Below are positions 1 through 8,699 of a DNA stretch of 64,000 nt, piece by piece. This stretch comes from Minisyncoccota bacterium (GTDB lineage: Bacteria; Patescibacteriota; Minisyncoccia; Phycocordibacterales; UBA9973), in NCBI GenBank assembly GCA_018061145.1, contig JAGOUR010000003.1, positions 32,170 to 96,169 of the forward strand, given 5' to 3'. Below the pieces are notes generated by a model. That model saw only the letters and a list, made by a program, of their open reading frames with translations. It made no database searches and was not told the DNA's origin. The position numbers were made by a program, and so were the translations under genes. The first letter of the stretch is position 1. Each line of letters begins with the position of its first letter.

Positions 1-202
1 GCTGGTCAACGTTATTATTTTGGGCCAACTGAATCCGAGTCTGTAACTACGTATGCATTTAGAAATTACTGTTTGGTAATCCATTTTATTATTTTGAATG
101 ATTTGATGTCAATTAAAAAGATATCAGACAATCATCAAAAAATAAAATTTTACCAAGCCGGAGATTCTCAGGAACAAAATCTGGCTAATGGAGAATGAAA
201 AG

Positions 203-233
203 ATTCCTCCTTGTACTTGTTGCAAGGAGGAAT
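203..233 (+). terminator. Stem-loop (ATTCCTCCTTG / CAAGGAGGAAT, 11-bp stem) followed by a T-rich tail; likely an intrinsic terminator for an upstream unit
   Basis: Perfect inverted repeat read directly at 203-213 and 223-233, then ttaattt. Confidence 0.45.
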
Positions 234-237
234 TTAA

Positions 238-270
238 TTTGAGCAAATGCGTATATTGTGATAATGTTTA
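238..270 (+). promoter_or_regulatory. Putative sigma70-type promoter for the tRNA-Ser gene (-35 TTGAGC, extended -10 TGtGATAAT)
   Basis: TTGAGC at 238-243 and gataat about 16 nt downstream preceded by tg; the tRNA starts about 12 nt after the -10. Confidence 0.4.
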
Positions 271-277
271 ATTACTT

Positions 278-364
278 GGAACCGTGTCAGAGCGGTCTAA
301 CGTACCTCTTTGCTAAAGAGGCAGGGTGTAAAAGCCCTCGCGAGTTCGAATCTCGCCGGTTCCG
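278..364 (+). tRNA. tRNA-Ser (anticodon GCT), type II with a long variable arm
   Basis: Acceptor GGAACCG/CGGTTCC. Anticodon stem CCTCT/AGAGG with loop TTGCTAA. Long variable arm. T-arm GCGAG-TTCGAAT-CTCGC. Discriminator G. CCA not encoded. The ORF 258..491 predicted over it is spurious. Confidence 0.85.
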
Positions 365-407
365 CAAATACAAAATCAAGCCCTCTGGGGCTATTTTGTA
401 TTTGCGG
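362..407 (+). terminator. Long hairpin (CCGCAAATACAAAAT ... ATTTTGTATTTGCGG) overlapping the tRNA 3' end; terminator or processing structure
   Basis: 15-bp perfect inverted repeat seen directly. Confidence 0.5.
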
Positions 408-536
408 AACCATGAAAGAAAACTACTTTTCTTTCATGGGAGATTCGAAGACCTTTTCCTTATGAGCTTGCGAATGGAAAAGGTGTACTGAAACTGTAAG
501 TTTCGAAAAGCGTAATCGCGGTCCGTCCGGTTCCGC

Positions 537-572
537 AATAATAAAAACCACCTTATGGTGGTTTTTATTATT
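537..572. terminator. Bidirectional intrinsic terminator (AATAATAAAAACCACC-TTAT-GGTGGTTTTTATTATT)
   Basis: 16-bp perfect stem with T/A runs on both sides; located 3' of the minus-strand CDS 577..1080. Confidence 0.7.
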
Positions 573-576
573 GTAT

Positions 577-1080
577 TTATTTTTTAATGTACCTGTCTAC
601 TCCGATCCATCCTGCTGTTTTATGTGAAGCGATGATGAATATCTGTAGGAGTAGTAGCCATGGATTTGAGCTAACTGTTCCTGCGAATAGATAATTGAAA
701 TTCATAAATGCTCCAAAGAAAGCAGAGAGTCTGGTCCATAGGCCGATGATGAGTGCTATACCGATAGCGATCTCTCCATAAGTCACTATGTATGATAAGG
801 TAGTGGCATTCGGCAGAAATACATGATTGATTAGCCATCCGTACCACATAGATACATCTGGGTGTTCTCCCGCCATCTTTGCGAGCGCACCATTTAAGAA
901 TCCACTGACAGCTACTCCCGCCTGATCCCCAGTCCATACTGGTACACCCAGTTTGTGCCAGCCAGCTATTAACCATTCATAACCTACATACACACGTACG
1001 AATACCCATAGAAATGCAGAACGCTTATCTTCTGTGAAAAAACTTAAAATTTTTTTCAACAAGATTTTAATGTTGTTCAT
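577..1080 (-). CDS. DoxX-family-like small integral membrane protein
   Basis: 167 aa with 4 predicted TM helices; the W/G-rich pattern VYVGYEWLIAGWHKL resembles the DoxX/DoxD family; by-eye only. Confidence 0.4.
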   Translation of the reverse strand: MNNIKILLKKILSFFTEDKRSAFLWVFVRVYVGYEWLIAGWHKLGVPVWTGDQAGVAVSGFLNGALAKMAGEHPDVSMWYGWLINHVFLPNATTLSYIVTYGEIAIGIALIIGLWTRLSAFFGAFMNFNYLFAGTVSSNPWLLLLQIFIIASHKTAGWIGVDRYIKK

Positions 1081-1270
1081 AAAATAAAGTAAATTATTAA
1101 TTTACCTTTGATGATTGTTAATATATATAGTATAGACCCGCCTTATACAGTAGGCAAGCAAATTTTCTTTGCGGAGGGTGTGAGTTCAATACCCACGAGT
1201 TCAAATCTTGTAAGCCTATTTTAGTACATTTTGAGAACTATAAAATAATCATGTGAGTTACTAAAATAAA

Positions 1271-1300
1271 TACAAAAATCCCATTATTAATGGGATTTTT
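1271..1300 (-). terminator. Intrinsic terminator hairpin (AAATCCCAT-TATT-AATGGGATTT) 3' of CDS 1307..1495
   Basis: Perfect 9-bp stem flanked by A/T runs. Confidence 0.6.
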
Positions 1301-1306
1301 GTGAGA

Positions 1307-1495
1307 TTATTTTTTATCAGTATTTATTAAATCTCCAAACTCTTCTGCTTTCATCTGATCTCTTCCTGAACCGATAATTCCTGATTCATCTTCTTGCGCT
1401 ACATAATCAGGATCTATTTCATCTGGAGCAGTCTTAAACACCTTCTTATCTTCTGGTTTTTTGGGTTCAGGTATTTTATTAAATGAATTTTCCAT
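1307..1495 (-). CDS. Hypothetical small acidic protein (62 aa)
   Basis: ORF with flanking terminator; no recognisable motif. Confidence 0.3.
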   Translation of the reverse strand: MENSFNKIPEPKKPEDKKVFKTAPDEIDPDYVAQEDESGIIGSGRDQMKAEEFGDLINTDKK

Positions 1496-1582
1496 GTTTT
1501 TAAGTTAAATTAATTTTAGCTATTTCGACCATTATTTTTAATTATCTAAGTATGTGAGTCTTCTGATTCTTTATTTTTCGTG

Positions 1583-1667
1583 CGGAGGCGGTGAGATTCG
1601 AACTCACGGTCCTGTAACAGACGACGGTTTAGTAAACCGTTGATTTAAACCACTCATCCACGCCTCC
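1583..1667 (-). tRNA. Type II tRNA (Ser-like, long variable arm); the anticodon reads as ACT, which is unusual
   Basis: On the minus strand: acceptor GGAGGCG/CGCCTCC, 3-bp D-stem with an 11-nt loop containing GG, anticodon stem ACGGT/ACCGT with loop TTACTAA, long variable arm, T-arm GTGAG-TTCGAAT-CTCAC, discriminator G. Confidence 0.7.
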
Positions 1668-1685
1668 ATATATTATGTTTACATA

Positions 1686-1786
1686 ATGGAGGTCGCCAAG
1701 GGCGATGCCGTAGATGAGTGGTCTCTCGCTTCACTCGCGGGTAAATATAAAGCAGTTTATATTTACCCCATCTCATCCACGCCTCC
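1686..1786 (-). ncRNA. tRNA-adjacent structured element of about 100 nt whose 5' 17 nt are identical to the 5' end of the neighbouring tRNA; function unknown (possibly tRNA-derived remnant or ncRNA)
   Basis: ctcatccacgcctccat is repeated at 1644-1660 and 1764-1780. On the minus strand the element folds into a closing GGAGG/CCTCC helix, a 9-bp helix with a G.U pair (which is a mismatch on the plus strand, arguing for minus-strand function), a 13-bp AT hairpin and a 5-bp GC hairpin. No T-loop motif, so it is not a tRNA. Confidence 0.3.
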
Positions 1787-1835
1787 ATGTATGATTTTTC
1801 GAGTATATCAGAAAATATGATTTTTTAAAAGATTT

Positions 1836-2489
1836 CTAATGCGCCACAGCCAGACCGCGGATTTCGCGGGCGCCGGCTTTTTTTAGTATATGAATTATTT
1901 CAGATAGGGTACCTCCGGTAGTCGTCACATCGTCTACCACAAAAATTATTTTATTTTTTACATTTGCTCCATCTTTTAACTTAAAAGCACCTTTGATATT
2001 TTTCAATCTTCTCTTTTTGTTGTTTATCCGTGCCTGGGGTCCGGTATTTATTTGCTTTACCACTATGTCTGTATTTAAAACAAAAATATTTGGATTTGCA
2101 TTTACAAACCCACGAGCTATGTATTCTGCCTGATTGTATCCTCGCTCCCTGTGTCTCTCTCTAGATAGGGGAACGGGTATCACGATGAATGGCTCGCCTC
2201 TGTGTAGTATATGCAGATCGGATATTTCTTCTTGTACATATTCATATAGATGTCTGCCTAGTACTGCCCCAGCGGATCTCTTGTTGTAATATTTTAAATC
2301 CCATATCATTTTTTTGATTATCGGATTTCTGTAATCAAAACAAGCATCTATATTTTCTAGGCTCTCGATTTCTCGCCTGTTGGGTGGGGGTATGCAGTCA
2401 TCGCATATATAGGATCCGTTCTTTTTGCAGGATATACATCGGAGAGGAAAAAGGATATCAACGATAATGTTGTATATACTTGTTAACAT
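1836..2489 (-). CDS. comFC: ComF-family competence protein (double zinc-ribbon N-terminus plus phosphoribosyltransferase domain)
   Basis: N-terminal CxxC...CxxC ribbons and a C-terminal PRTase signature FVVDDVTTTGGTL. Confidence 0.8.
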   Translation of the reverse strand: MLTSIYNIIVDILFPLRCISCKKNGSYICDDCIPPPNRREIESLENIDACFDYRNPIIKKMIWDLKYYNKRSAGAVLGRHLYEYVQEEISDLHILHRGEPFIVIPVPLSRERHRERGYNQAEYIARGFVNANPNIFVLNTDIVVKQINTGPQARINNKKRRLKNIKGAFKLKDGANVKNKIIFVVDDVTTTGGTLSEIIHILKKAGAREIRGLAVAH

Positions 2490-2534
2490 ATTCCCTTATT
2501 TTACATTGTTTGTGATATAATATGAATACTATAT

Positions 2535-3656
2535 ATGGGTAATTCTTTTGGCGACATAATTAAAAATGGACTGCAGTCTCTCTTTGGAAAAGAGAGTAAC
2601 AAGAGCGCCCTGGGTGTAGATATTGGCTCATCTTCTATCAAGCTAGTTCAGATTAAAAAACAAGGAGGTAAAGCAGTGCTCGAGACTTATGGGGCCCTGG
2701 CTCTTGGTCCATATATGCAGACAGATGTGGGTCAGGTGGTAAATGCGCCTGTAGATGTCATCGCTCAGGCTCTGACTGACCTGATGAAAGAAGCAAATGT
2801 CACTACAAATTTTGGCGTAGTTGCTATCCCGTCTTTATCTAGTTTTATGTCTGTAATCTCACTGCCTAGCAGTGTAGACAAGGATAAATTCGCTGAGATT
2901 ATACCAAATGAAGCTCGCAAATATATCCCCATCCCGATGTCTGAGGTGACTCTAGATTGGTGGCCTATACCTAGGCAAGTAGAGTCTTATGAGGAGAATG
3001 AGGGAGGAGTCAGGCCCGAAGTAAAGAACGAGGTTCTTTTGGTTGCTATACACAATGACACTCTCACTAAATACAAAGATGTATTGACCAAGGTTGGCCT
3101 CACTGCAGATTTCTTTGAGCTTGAGATTTTTTCATCTGTACGTTCTACTTTTTCTCACGACATCGCCCCTGTACTATTTATAGATTTTGGTGCCTCAAAA
3201 ACAAAATTATCTATTGTTGAGTACGGTATCATTCGAGTTTTCCATATCGTAAATCGTGGTGGTGCAGATATCACAAAAAATATTTCTCAATCATTATCTA
3301 TACCATTCAAAGACGCAGAACAATTAAAGAGGGAAGTGGGTATCGATCGCAATGCGAATAAAGATGTCGCAGAAGTTGTGTCGCTCTCTGTAGAATATAT
3401 GTTATCTGATGCAAATAATATTGTGCTTGCATTTGAAAAGAAGTATAATAAAAATATCAGTAAAGTTATACTCTCGGGTGGTGGAGCTCTCACAAAAGGC
3501 CTACTCGCTCGTGCTACAGAAAATTTCCGTGCAGAGGTTGTTTACGGTGCCCCATTTTCAAAAACAGAAGCTCCCGCATTTCTTACTCCTGTTCTCGAAG
3601 TTAGTGGGCCAGAGTTTGCTGCGGCTGTCGGTATATCTTTGCGACAGTTGTCATAA
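2535..3656 (+). CDS. pilM: Type IV pilus assembly protein PilM (actin-like ATPase fold)
   Basis: 373 aa; GVDIGSSSIKLVQI N-terminus typical of PilM/FtsA-like proteins; first gene of a pilMNO-pilB block. Confidence 0.85.
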   Translation: MGNSFGDIIKNGLQSLFGKESNKSALGVDIGSSSIKLVQIKKQGGKAVLETYGALALGPYMQTDVGQVVNAPVDVIAQALTDLMKEANVTTNFGVVAIPSLSSFMSVISLPSSVDKDKFAEIIPNEARKYIPIPMSEVTLDWWPIPRQVESYEENEGGVRPEVKNEVLLVAIHNDTLTKYKDVLTKVGLTADFFELEIFSSVRSTFSHDIAPVLFIDFGASKTKLSIVEYGIIRVFHIVNRGGADITKNISQSLSIPFKDAEQLKREVGIDRNANKDVAEVVSLSVEYMLSDANNIVLAFEKKYNKNISKVILSGGGALTKGLLARATENFRAEVVYGAPFSKTEAPAFLTPVLEVSGPEFAAAVGISLRQLS

Positions 3657-3662
3657 TAAATT

Positions 3663-4412
3663 ATGGATAAATCTTTTCAAACATCATTTATACCCAAAAA
3701 ACCATTAACCATCGAATCCTCGTCATCAGGGGGGTCTATGAGTCTTTTGTCTTTTATATCTATCGTTATGATAGTAGGCACACTGCTGGCACTAGGTGGG
3801 GTATTTCTATACAAAGGATATCTCGTTCAGCAAAAGACTAGCGCTGAGAGCTCTCTGATAGCTTCTCGTGGTAGATTTGAACCCAATACTATAAAGCTAT
3901 TAGAAGTTTTTGATAAGAGGACAAATGTGTCAAAGCAATTACTGTCTAGTCACGTGGTCATGTCTCCATTTTTTGATACATTGGCGAATTTAACTGTCCC
4001 ATCTATTCAATATACAAAGTTCAGTATTGAGACAGGAGAGAAGACTACATCTGTCACCATGTCAGGGGTAGCACGTGATTATCAATATATTGCATTGCAA
4101 GCTCAGACTTTCAATAATGCCCCAGGTTTTTATTTCAAGAATGTGGTATTTTCTGACCTAGTAAAAGACAAGAAGGGTAGTGTTACTTTTAAAGTATCTT
4201 TTGATGTAGATCCTGCGCTTTTTTCTTATGAAAAAGATGTACTGAAGCCAAGAGCTGATACCCCAAAAGTTGACGTGGTTATCCCTGTTACACCAGATGT
4301 AGTTGTCAAAGATGTAAATACAGATAGTACTGTTACTCCATCAGTAGTACCTACTTCAAAATCTTCATCATCTTCAAGTTTAAATATTAAAACAATTACA
4401 CCTAAACCATAA
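3663..4412 (+). CDS. pilN: PilN-like bitopic membrane protein with an S/T/P/V-rich C-terminal tail
   Basis: Single N-terminal TM helix; position directly after pilM. Confidence 0.5.
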   Translation: MDKSFQTSFIPKKPLTIESSSSGGSMSLLSFISIVMIVGTLLALGGVFLYKGYLVQQKTSAESSLIASRGRFEPNTIKLLEVFDKRTNVSKQLLSSHVVMSPFFDTLANLTVPSIQYTKFSIETGEKTTSVTMSGVARDYQYIALQAQTFNNAPGFYFKNVVFSDLVKDKKGSVTFKVSFDVDPALFSYEKDVLKPRADTPKVDVVIPVTPDVVVKDVNTDSTVTPSVVPTSKSSSSSSLNIKTITPKP

Positions 4413-4415
4413 TAT

Positions 4416-5033
4416 ATGCGCAATCTTTTCCCTGTCATTTTAATACTCGCATCAATAGGATTATTTTTTACCTTAGTAAATCCTACTTATTTAGAGGTGA
4501 GACAACTACGCAATGACGTGGCTGTTTATGACAAGGCTCTAACAAATGCTCGAGACCTAGAGAATGTTCGAGATGAATTAAAAAAGAATTATGATCTTAT
4601 AACCAAAGAAGAAAAAGACAGGTTGGATCATTTCCTACCCAATACTGTGGACAATATTCAGCTCATACTCCAAATTCAAAAAATTGCTACTGCTCACAAT
4701 ATGAATCTAAAAAATATCAAATTCGATGCACCGAGTCTGATAAAACAAGATAGTACCTCTGGATCAAAGGCATCAAGTGCATCTAGTAGCAAGAACAATG
4801 CTCTTCCTTATGGCATATTTAATCTTGAGTTTTCTACTGACGCTAGATACGAAGACTTTAAAGCTTTCTTGAAAGATTTAGAGTACAATATTCGTCTTGT
4901 TAATGTAAAAGAGATATCATTTACTGTACCTTCTGGTGACAAAAAGACTGTTTTTGATCCGAATAGTGATATTTCAAACGATCCAAATGTATACACTTAT
5001 TCATTAAAAGTTGAAACATATTGGCTTAAATAA
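4416..5033 (+). CDS. pilO: PilO-like bitopic membrane protein
   Basis: N-terminal TM plus coiled-coil region; synteny after pilN. Confidence 0.45.
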   Translation: MRNLFPVILILASIGLFFTLVNPTYLEVRQLRNDVAVYDKALTNARDLENVRDELKKNYDLITKEEKDRLDHFLPNTVDNIQLILQIQKIATAHNMNLKNIKFDAPSLIKQDSTSGSKASSASSSKNNALPYGIFNLEFSTDARYEDFKAFLKDLEYNIRLVNVKEISFTVPSGDKKTVFDPNSDISNDPNVYTYSLKVETYWLK

Positions 5034-5035
5034 TT

Positions 5036-5422
5036 ATGTCTAAAACACTAAAAATATTTCTAATAGTAGCCATTGTACTCATAGTCGGTTTTGCTGTGTA
5101 TTATTTCAGTGCGAGCTCTGAAGAATCTACTCTGTCAAAGACAGGTGTTGCACCTACTGTGTCTAGTACAGAGAGTACTACTGCTTTCTTGTCCACTCTA
5201 TTGTCTTTGAATAAAATAAAGATTGATGCTTCATTGTTCCAGCATCCTACATTTTCTAAGTTGCAAGATAATACTGTTCCTATATCCAATGATGGTGGGG
5301 TTGTGGGCAGGCCGAACCCTTTTGCTTCTATTGATGGACAGAATTCTACTGACTCATCAATATCTTTCCCCCAGATTAATACTGGCACTAGTACTACACC
5401 CCCTGTAGTACCAGTACGTTAA
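5036..5422 (+). CDS. Hypothetical membrane-anchored S/T-rich protein in the pilus operon (PilP-like by position only)
   Basis: N-terminal TM then low-complexity S/T region; no motif. Confidence 0.25.
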   Translation: MSKTLKIFLIVAIVLIVGFAVYYFSASSEESTLSKTGVAPTVSSTESTTAFLSTLLSLNKIKIDASLFQHPTFSKLQDNTVPISNDGGVVGRPNPFASIDGQNSTDSSISFPQINTGTSTTPPVVPVR

Positions 5423-5423
5423 T

Positions 5424-7157
5424 ATGATATTTCTCGATGAATTAGTTAAGCGAGGTCTTCTATCAGAAGGGCAGATACCCGAGATTGTTCGTATTGCAGA
5501 AGAAAAATATGGAGGTATCATAGATAGAGCTCTGGTTGATATGAAGATAGATGAAAATACTCTTTTGGATATAAAGGGTTCTTTTTACAATGTTCCAGTT
5601 AAAAAGATTGACCCAAAGAGTGTCGCTCCGTCTACATTGAAATATATCCAATTGGAATCTGTAAAAACTTACGGTTTTATTCCCGTAGGTATATCTGATG
5701 ATGTTTTGGAGGTCGGTATTACTGATCCAGAGAATACTTCTGCTATGGATGCATTGCAGTTCATCTCTACTCGCATAAACAAACCATTCAAGGTATTTTT
5801 GATTAGTTATACATTATTTAATCAGCTTATCGAGATGTATCAGAATCTTGGTAGCGAGGTTGATCAGGCTCTGTCAGAGCTTGATTCAGAGATTTCTGAT
5901 GATGATGCGAAAGATGTAAGTATTGAAAACATAAAATTGCAAGACAGTCTAAAACCGGGGGAGGAGGAGAAGATTGTCGAAGATGCACCTATCATAAAAA
6001 TAGTTGCAGTTATACTGCGTCATGCGACAGAGGGTAATGCTTCTGATATTCACATCGAAAACGTGGGTGATAAAGTCAAAGTCCGATTCCGTGTGGATGG
6101 AGTCTTGCATACGTCACTTGTCCTACCATTGAATGTATACAACGGTGTGATTGCTCGTATAAAAATCCTTGCTAAATTGCGCCTAGATGAAAAACGTAAA
6201 CCTCAAGACGGGGGATTTTCTGCGAAAATTGAAGGGCGCAAGATCGACTTTCGTGTATCTACTATGCCTTCTTACTACGGGGAGAAAGTGGTTATGCGTA
6301 TCCTGGATCCAGAAAAAGGTGTGCACCCACTAGATGATATTGGCCTATCTCCCGAGAATCTCAAGATGGTCCGAGATGCCCTGAAGAAGCCTTATGGTCT
6401 TATCCTCATTACTGGTCCTACTGGATCTGGTAAGAGTACTACCCTGTATTCTATGCTCAATGAGCTTGATTCAGAGGAGGACAATATTGTGTCGCTCGAA
6501 GATCCTGTGGAGTATCATATACCAGGGATAAATCAATCTCAGGTTATGCCCGAGATAGGTTATACTTTCGCCTCAGGACTACGCTCTATTCTCCGTCAGG
6601 ACCCGGATATTATCATGGTGGGGGAGATCCGCGACAAAGAGACTGCACAGCTCGCTATACAGGCTGCACTCACTGGTCACCTTGTATTTTCTACTCTCCA
6701 TACGAATAGTGCAGTAGGTGCGATACCACGTCTTGTCGATATGGGTATTGATCCGTATTTGATCGGACCTACTCTTATCCTAGCTATAGGTCAGCGTCTT
6801 TCTCGTCGTATTTACCCAGGCTCTCGCCACCAGATACCGATGGACCCATCTACAAAAGAGATGATTAATAAACAATTTTCAGATTTGCCTGCAGATATCA
6901 GATCAAAACTCCCAATAGGCGATATTATGTATGAATCTGTACCTTCGACTGAGTGTCCTTCTGGATTGCAGGGGCGTATGCCTGTATTTGAGATGTTCTC
7001 TGTGGACAAAGAGATGCAAAATATAATATTGAAAACCCCCACAGAAGGTGAGATATATAAACTAGCTCGCAGTAAAGGCATGCTCACCATGAAAGAAGAC
7101 GCTATTTTAAAGAATATTCAGGGTGAAGTGCCATTCCAAGAAGTTTATGGTTTGTAG
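5424..7157 (+). CDS. pilB: Type IV pilus assembly ATPase PilB (GspE family)
   Basis: N-terminal GSPII_E N-domain; Walker A GPTGSGKST; Asp box and His box; C-terminal tetracysteine-like region. Confidence 0.9.
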   Translation: MIFLDELVKRGLLSEGQIPEIVRIAEEKYGGIIDRALVDMKIDENTLLDIKGSFYNVPVKKIDPKSVAPSTLKYIQLESVKTYGFIPVGISDDVLEVGITDPENTSAMDALQFISTRINKPFKVFLISYTLFNQLIEMYQNLGSEVDQALSELDSEISDDDAKDVSIENIKLQDSLKPGEEEKIVEDAPIIKIVAVILRHATEGNASDIHIENVGDKVKVRFRVDGVLHTSLVLPLNVYNGVIARIKILAKLRLDEKRKPQDGGFSAKIEGRKIDFRVSTMPSYYGEKVVMRILDPEKGVHPLDDIGLSPENLKMVRDALKKPYGLILITGPTGSGKSTTLYSMLNELDSEEDNIVSLEDPVEYHIPGINQSQVMPEIGYTFASGLRSILRQDPDIIMVGEIRDKETAQLAIQAALTGHLVFSTLHTNSAVGAIPRLVDMGIDPYLIGPTLILAIGQRLSRRIYPGSRHQIPMDPSTKEMINKQFSDLPADIRSKLPIGDIMYESVPSTECPSGLQGRMPVFEMFSVDKEMQNIILKTPTEGEIYKLARSKGMLTMKEDAILKNIQGEVPFQEVYGL

Positions 7158-7234
7158 TAGTGTATACCTACACACTTATTCATAAGTGTGTAGGTATAGT
7201 AAAATTAGTAGTAGTGTAATATAATTAAAATATT

Positions 7235-7627
7235 ATGGAAACAACAAAGAAAAAAATTTTAATTGTTGATGATGACGTATTTCTTTTGGATATGTATGCG
7301 TTAAAATTCAGCCAATCTGTTTTTGAGGTAACAACTGCCCTTGGTCCAGAGGTCGCTCTTGAAAAATTAAAAGGAGGGTATGTTCCTGACGTTATGATTC
7401 TCGATATTATAATGCCAGTTATGGATGGGTTTGAATTCCTTGAAAAAGTAAACGAAGAGAAGCTCATGCCTAATACTATAAAGATTCTATTGTCTAATCG
7501 TGGTCAACAGTCAGATATCACTCGCGGTGAGTCACTAGGTGCAGCTGGGTATATCGTCAAGGCTTCAAATACTCCATCTGAAGTTGTGGAAAAAGTATCA
7601 GTGATTATAAGTAAATATCAAAAATAA
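7235..7627 (+). CDS. Stand-alone response-regulator receiver (REC) domain protein (PilH/CheY-like)
   Basis: KILIVDDD acidic pocket, phospho-acceptor Asp in ILDIIMP, conserved Lys; 130 aa with no output domain. Confidence 0.8.
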   Translation: METTKKKILIVDDDVFLLDMYALKFSQSVFEVTTALGPEVALEKLKGGYVPDVMILDIIMPVMDGFEFLEKVNEEKLMPNTIKILLSNRGQQSDITRGESLGAAGYIVKASNTPSEVVEKVSVIISKYQK

Positions 7628-7630
7628 TAT

Positions 7631-8686
7631 ATGGACAGAAAAGCAAGTATCGAATTGTTCATCACTACATTGATTCGTGAGGGTGGCTCAGATTTACATC
7701 TTGCTACAGGACGAAAGCCAGCTATCCGTGTAAACGGAGATTTGGTTTTTCTTGTTAATCAGCCCGAAATCAGCCAGGATGATATGATTGGTATACTTAC
7801 TACTCTGTTGGGGCAGGATCGTTTCAATAAATTTGTTGAAGAAAAAGAATTTGATTTTTCTTATGCATTTCAGGGTTCAAGGCTCCGCGGTAATGCATTT
7901 TTCCAGAGAGGTCTGATGTGTATGACTTTTCGTCTTATTCCAAAAGCTCAGGCCATATCTGAACTCCGTCTGCCTGCGATTCTTGAAAGTTTTGCTCGTA
8001 GAAAGCAAGGATTCTTTCTTGTTGTCGGTCCAGTAGGTCAAGGTAAATCTACTACATTGTCAGCACTGATAAATATGATAAATCAGGAGCGTGCTGCACA
8101 TATCGTAACGATCGAGGATCCTATAGAATTTGTATATACTCCAGATAAATCAATTATCGATCAACGTGAGGTAGGTATAGATACAAAAGATTTTGCCACA
8201 GCTCTCAAGTCTGCTCTACGTGAAGATGTGAATGTCTTACTTGTAGGGGAGATGCGCAGTCCGGATACTATATCTGCTGCTGTTACTGCTGCGGAAACTG
8301 GACATCTTGTATTTTCTACTCTTCATACTAACAATGCATCTCAAACTATCGATCGTATCATCGACTCATTCCCACCAGGTCAGCAAGACCAGATCCGTAT
8401 TCAGCTTGCGTCTAGTTTGATCGGTATTTTTTCTCAGAGATTGGTGCCTCGTATCGCTGGGGGTCGTGTCCCTGCATATGAATTGCTTATAAATAATAAT
8501 GCTATATCTAATCTTATCCGAGAGAGACGAACTCACGAGATCGATATTGTCATTGAGACAAGCTTTGAGCAAGGTATGATAGATATGAATAGGTCTTTGA
8601 TTGAATTGGTCCAGCAAGGGGAGATATCTATGGAGACTGCTCATCAATACTCATTTAATCCCAAAGCCCTCGAACAATTAATGTAA
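7631..8686 (+). CDS. pilT: Twitching motility / pilus retraction ATPase PilT
   Basis: 351 aa; Walker A GPVGQGKST; PilT family Asp and His boxes. Confidence 0.9.
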   Translation: MDRKASIELFITTLIREGGSDLHLATGRKPAIRVNGDLVFLVNQPEISQDDMIGILTTLLGQDRFNKFVEEKEFDFSYAFQGSRLRGNAFFQRGLMCMTFRLIPKAQAISELRLPAILESFARRKQGFFLVVGPVGQGKSTTLSALINMINQERAAHIVTIEDPIEFVYTPDKSIIDQREVGIDTKDFATALKSALREDVNVLLVGEMRSPDTISAAVTAAETGHLVFSTLHTNNASQTIDRIIDSFPPGQQDQIRIQLASSLIGIFSQRLVPRIAGGRVPAYELLINNNAISNLIRERRTHEIDIVIETSFEQGMIDMNRSLIELVQQGEISMETAHQYSFNPKALEQLM

Positions 8687-8699
8687 TTTAATTATCTAA

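Noticed and set aside
258-491. 77-aa ORF from the six-frame track
   Set aside because: It lies directly over tRNA-Ser(GCT) and its downstream hairpin, so it is a non-coding region.
1140-1215. tRNA-like fragment (ACGAG-TTCAAAT-CTTGT T-arm-like hairpin and GGGT...ACCC stem)
   Set aside because: No acceptor stem, anticodon arm or D-arm can be completed on either strand; probably another tRNA-derived fragment or chance similarity.
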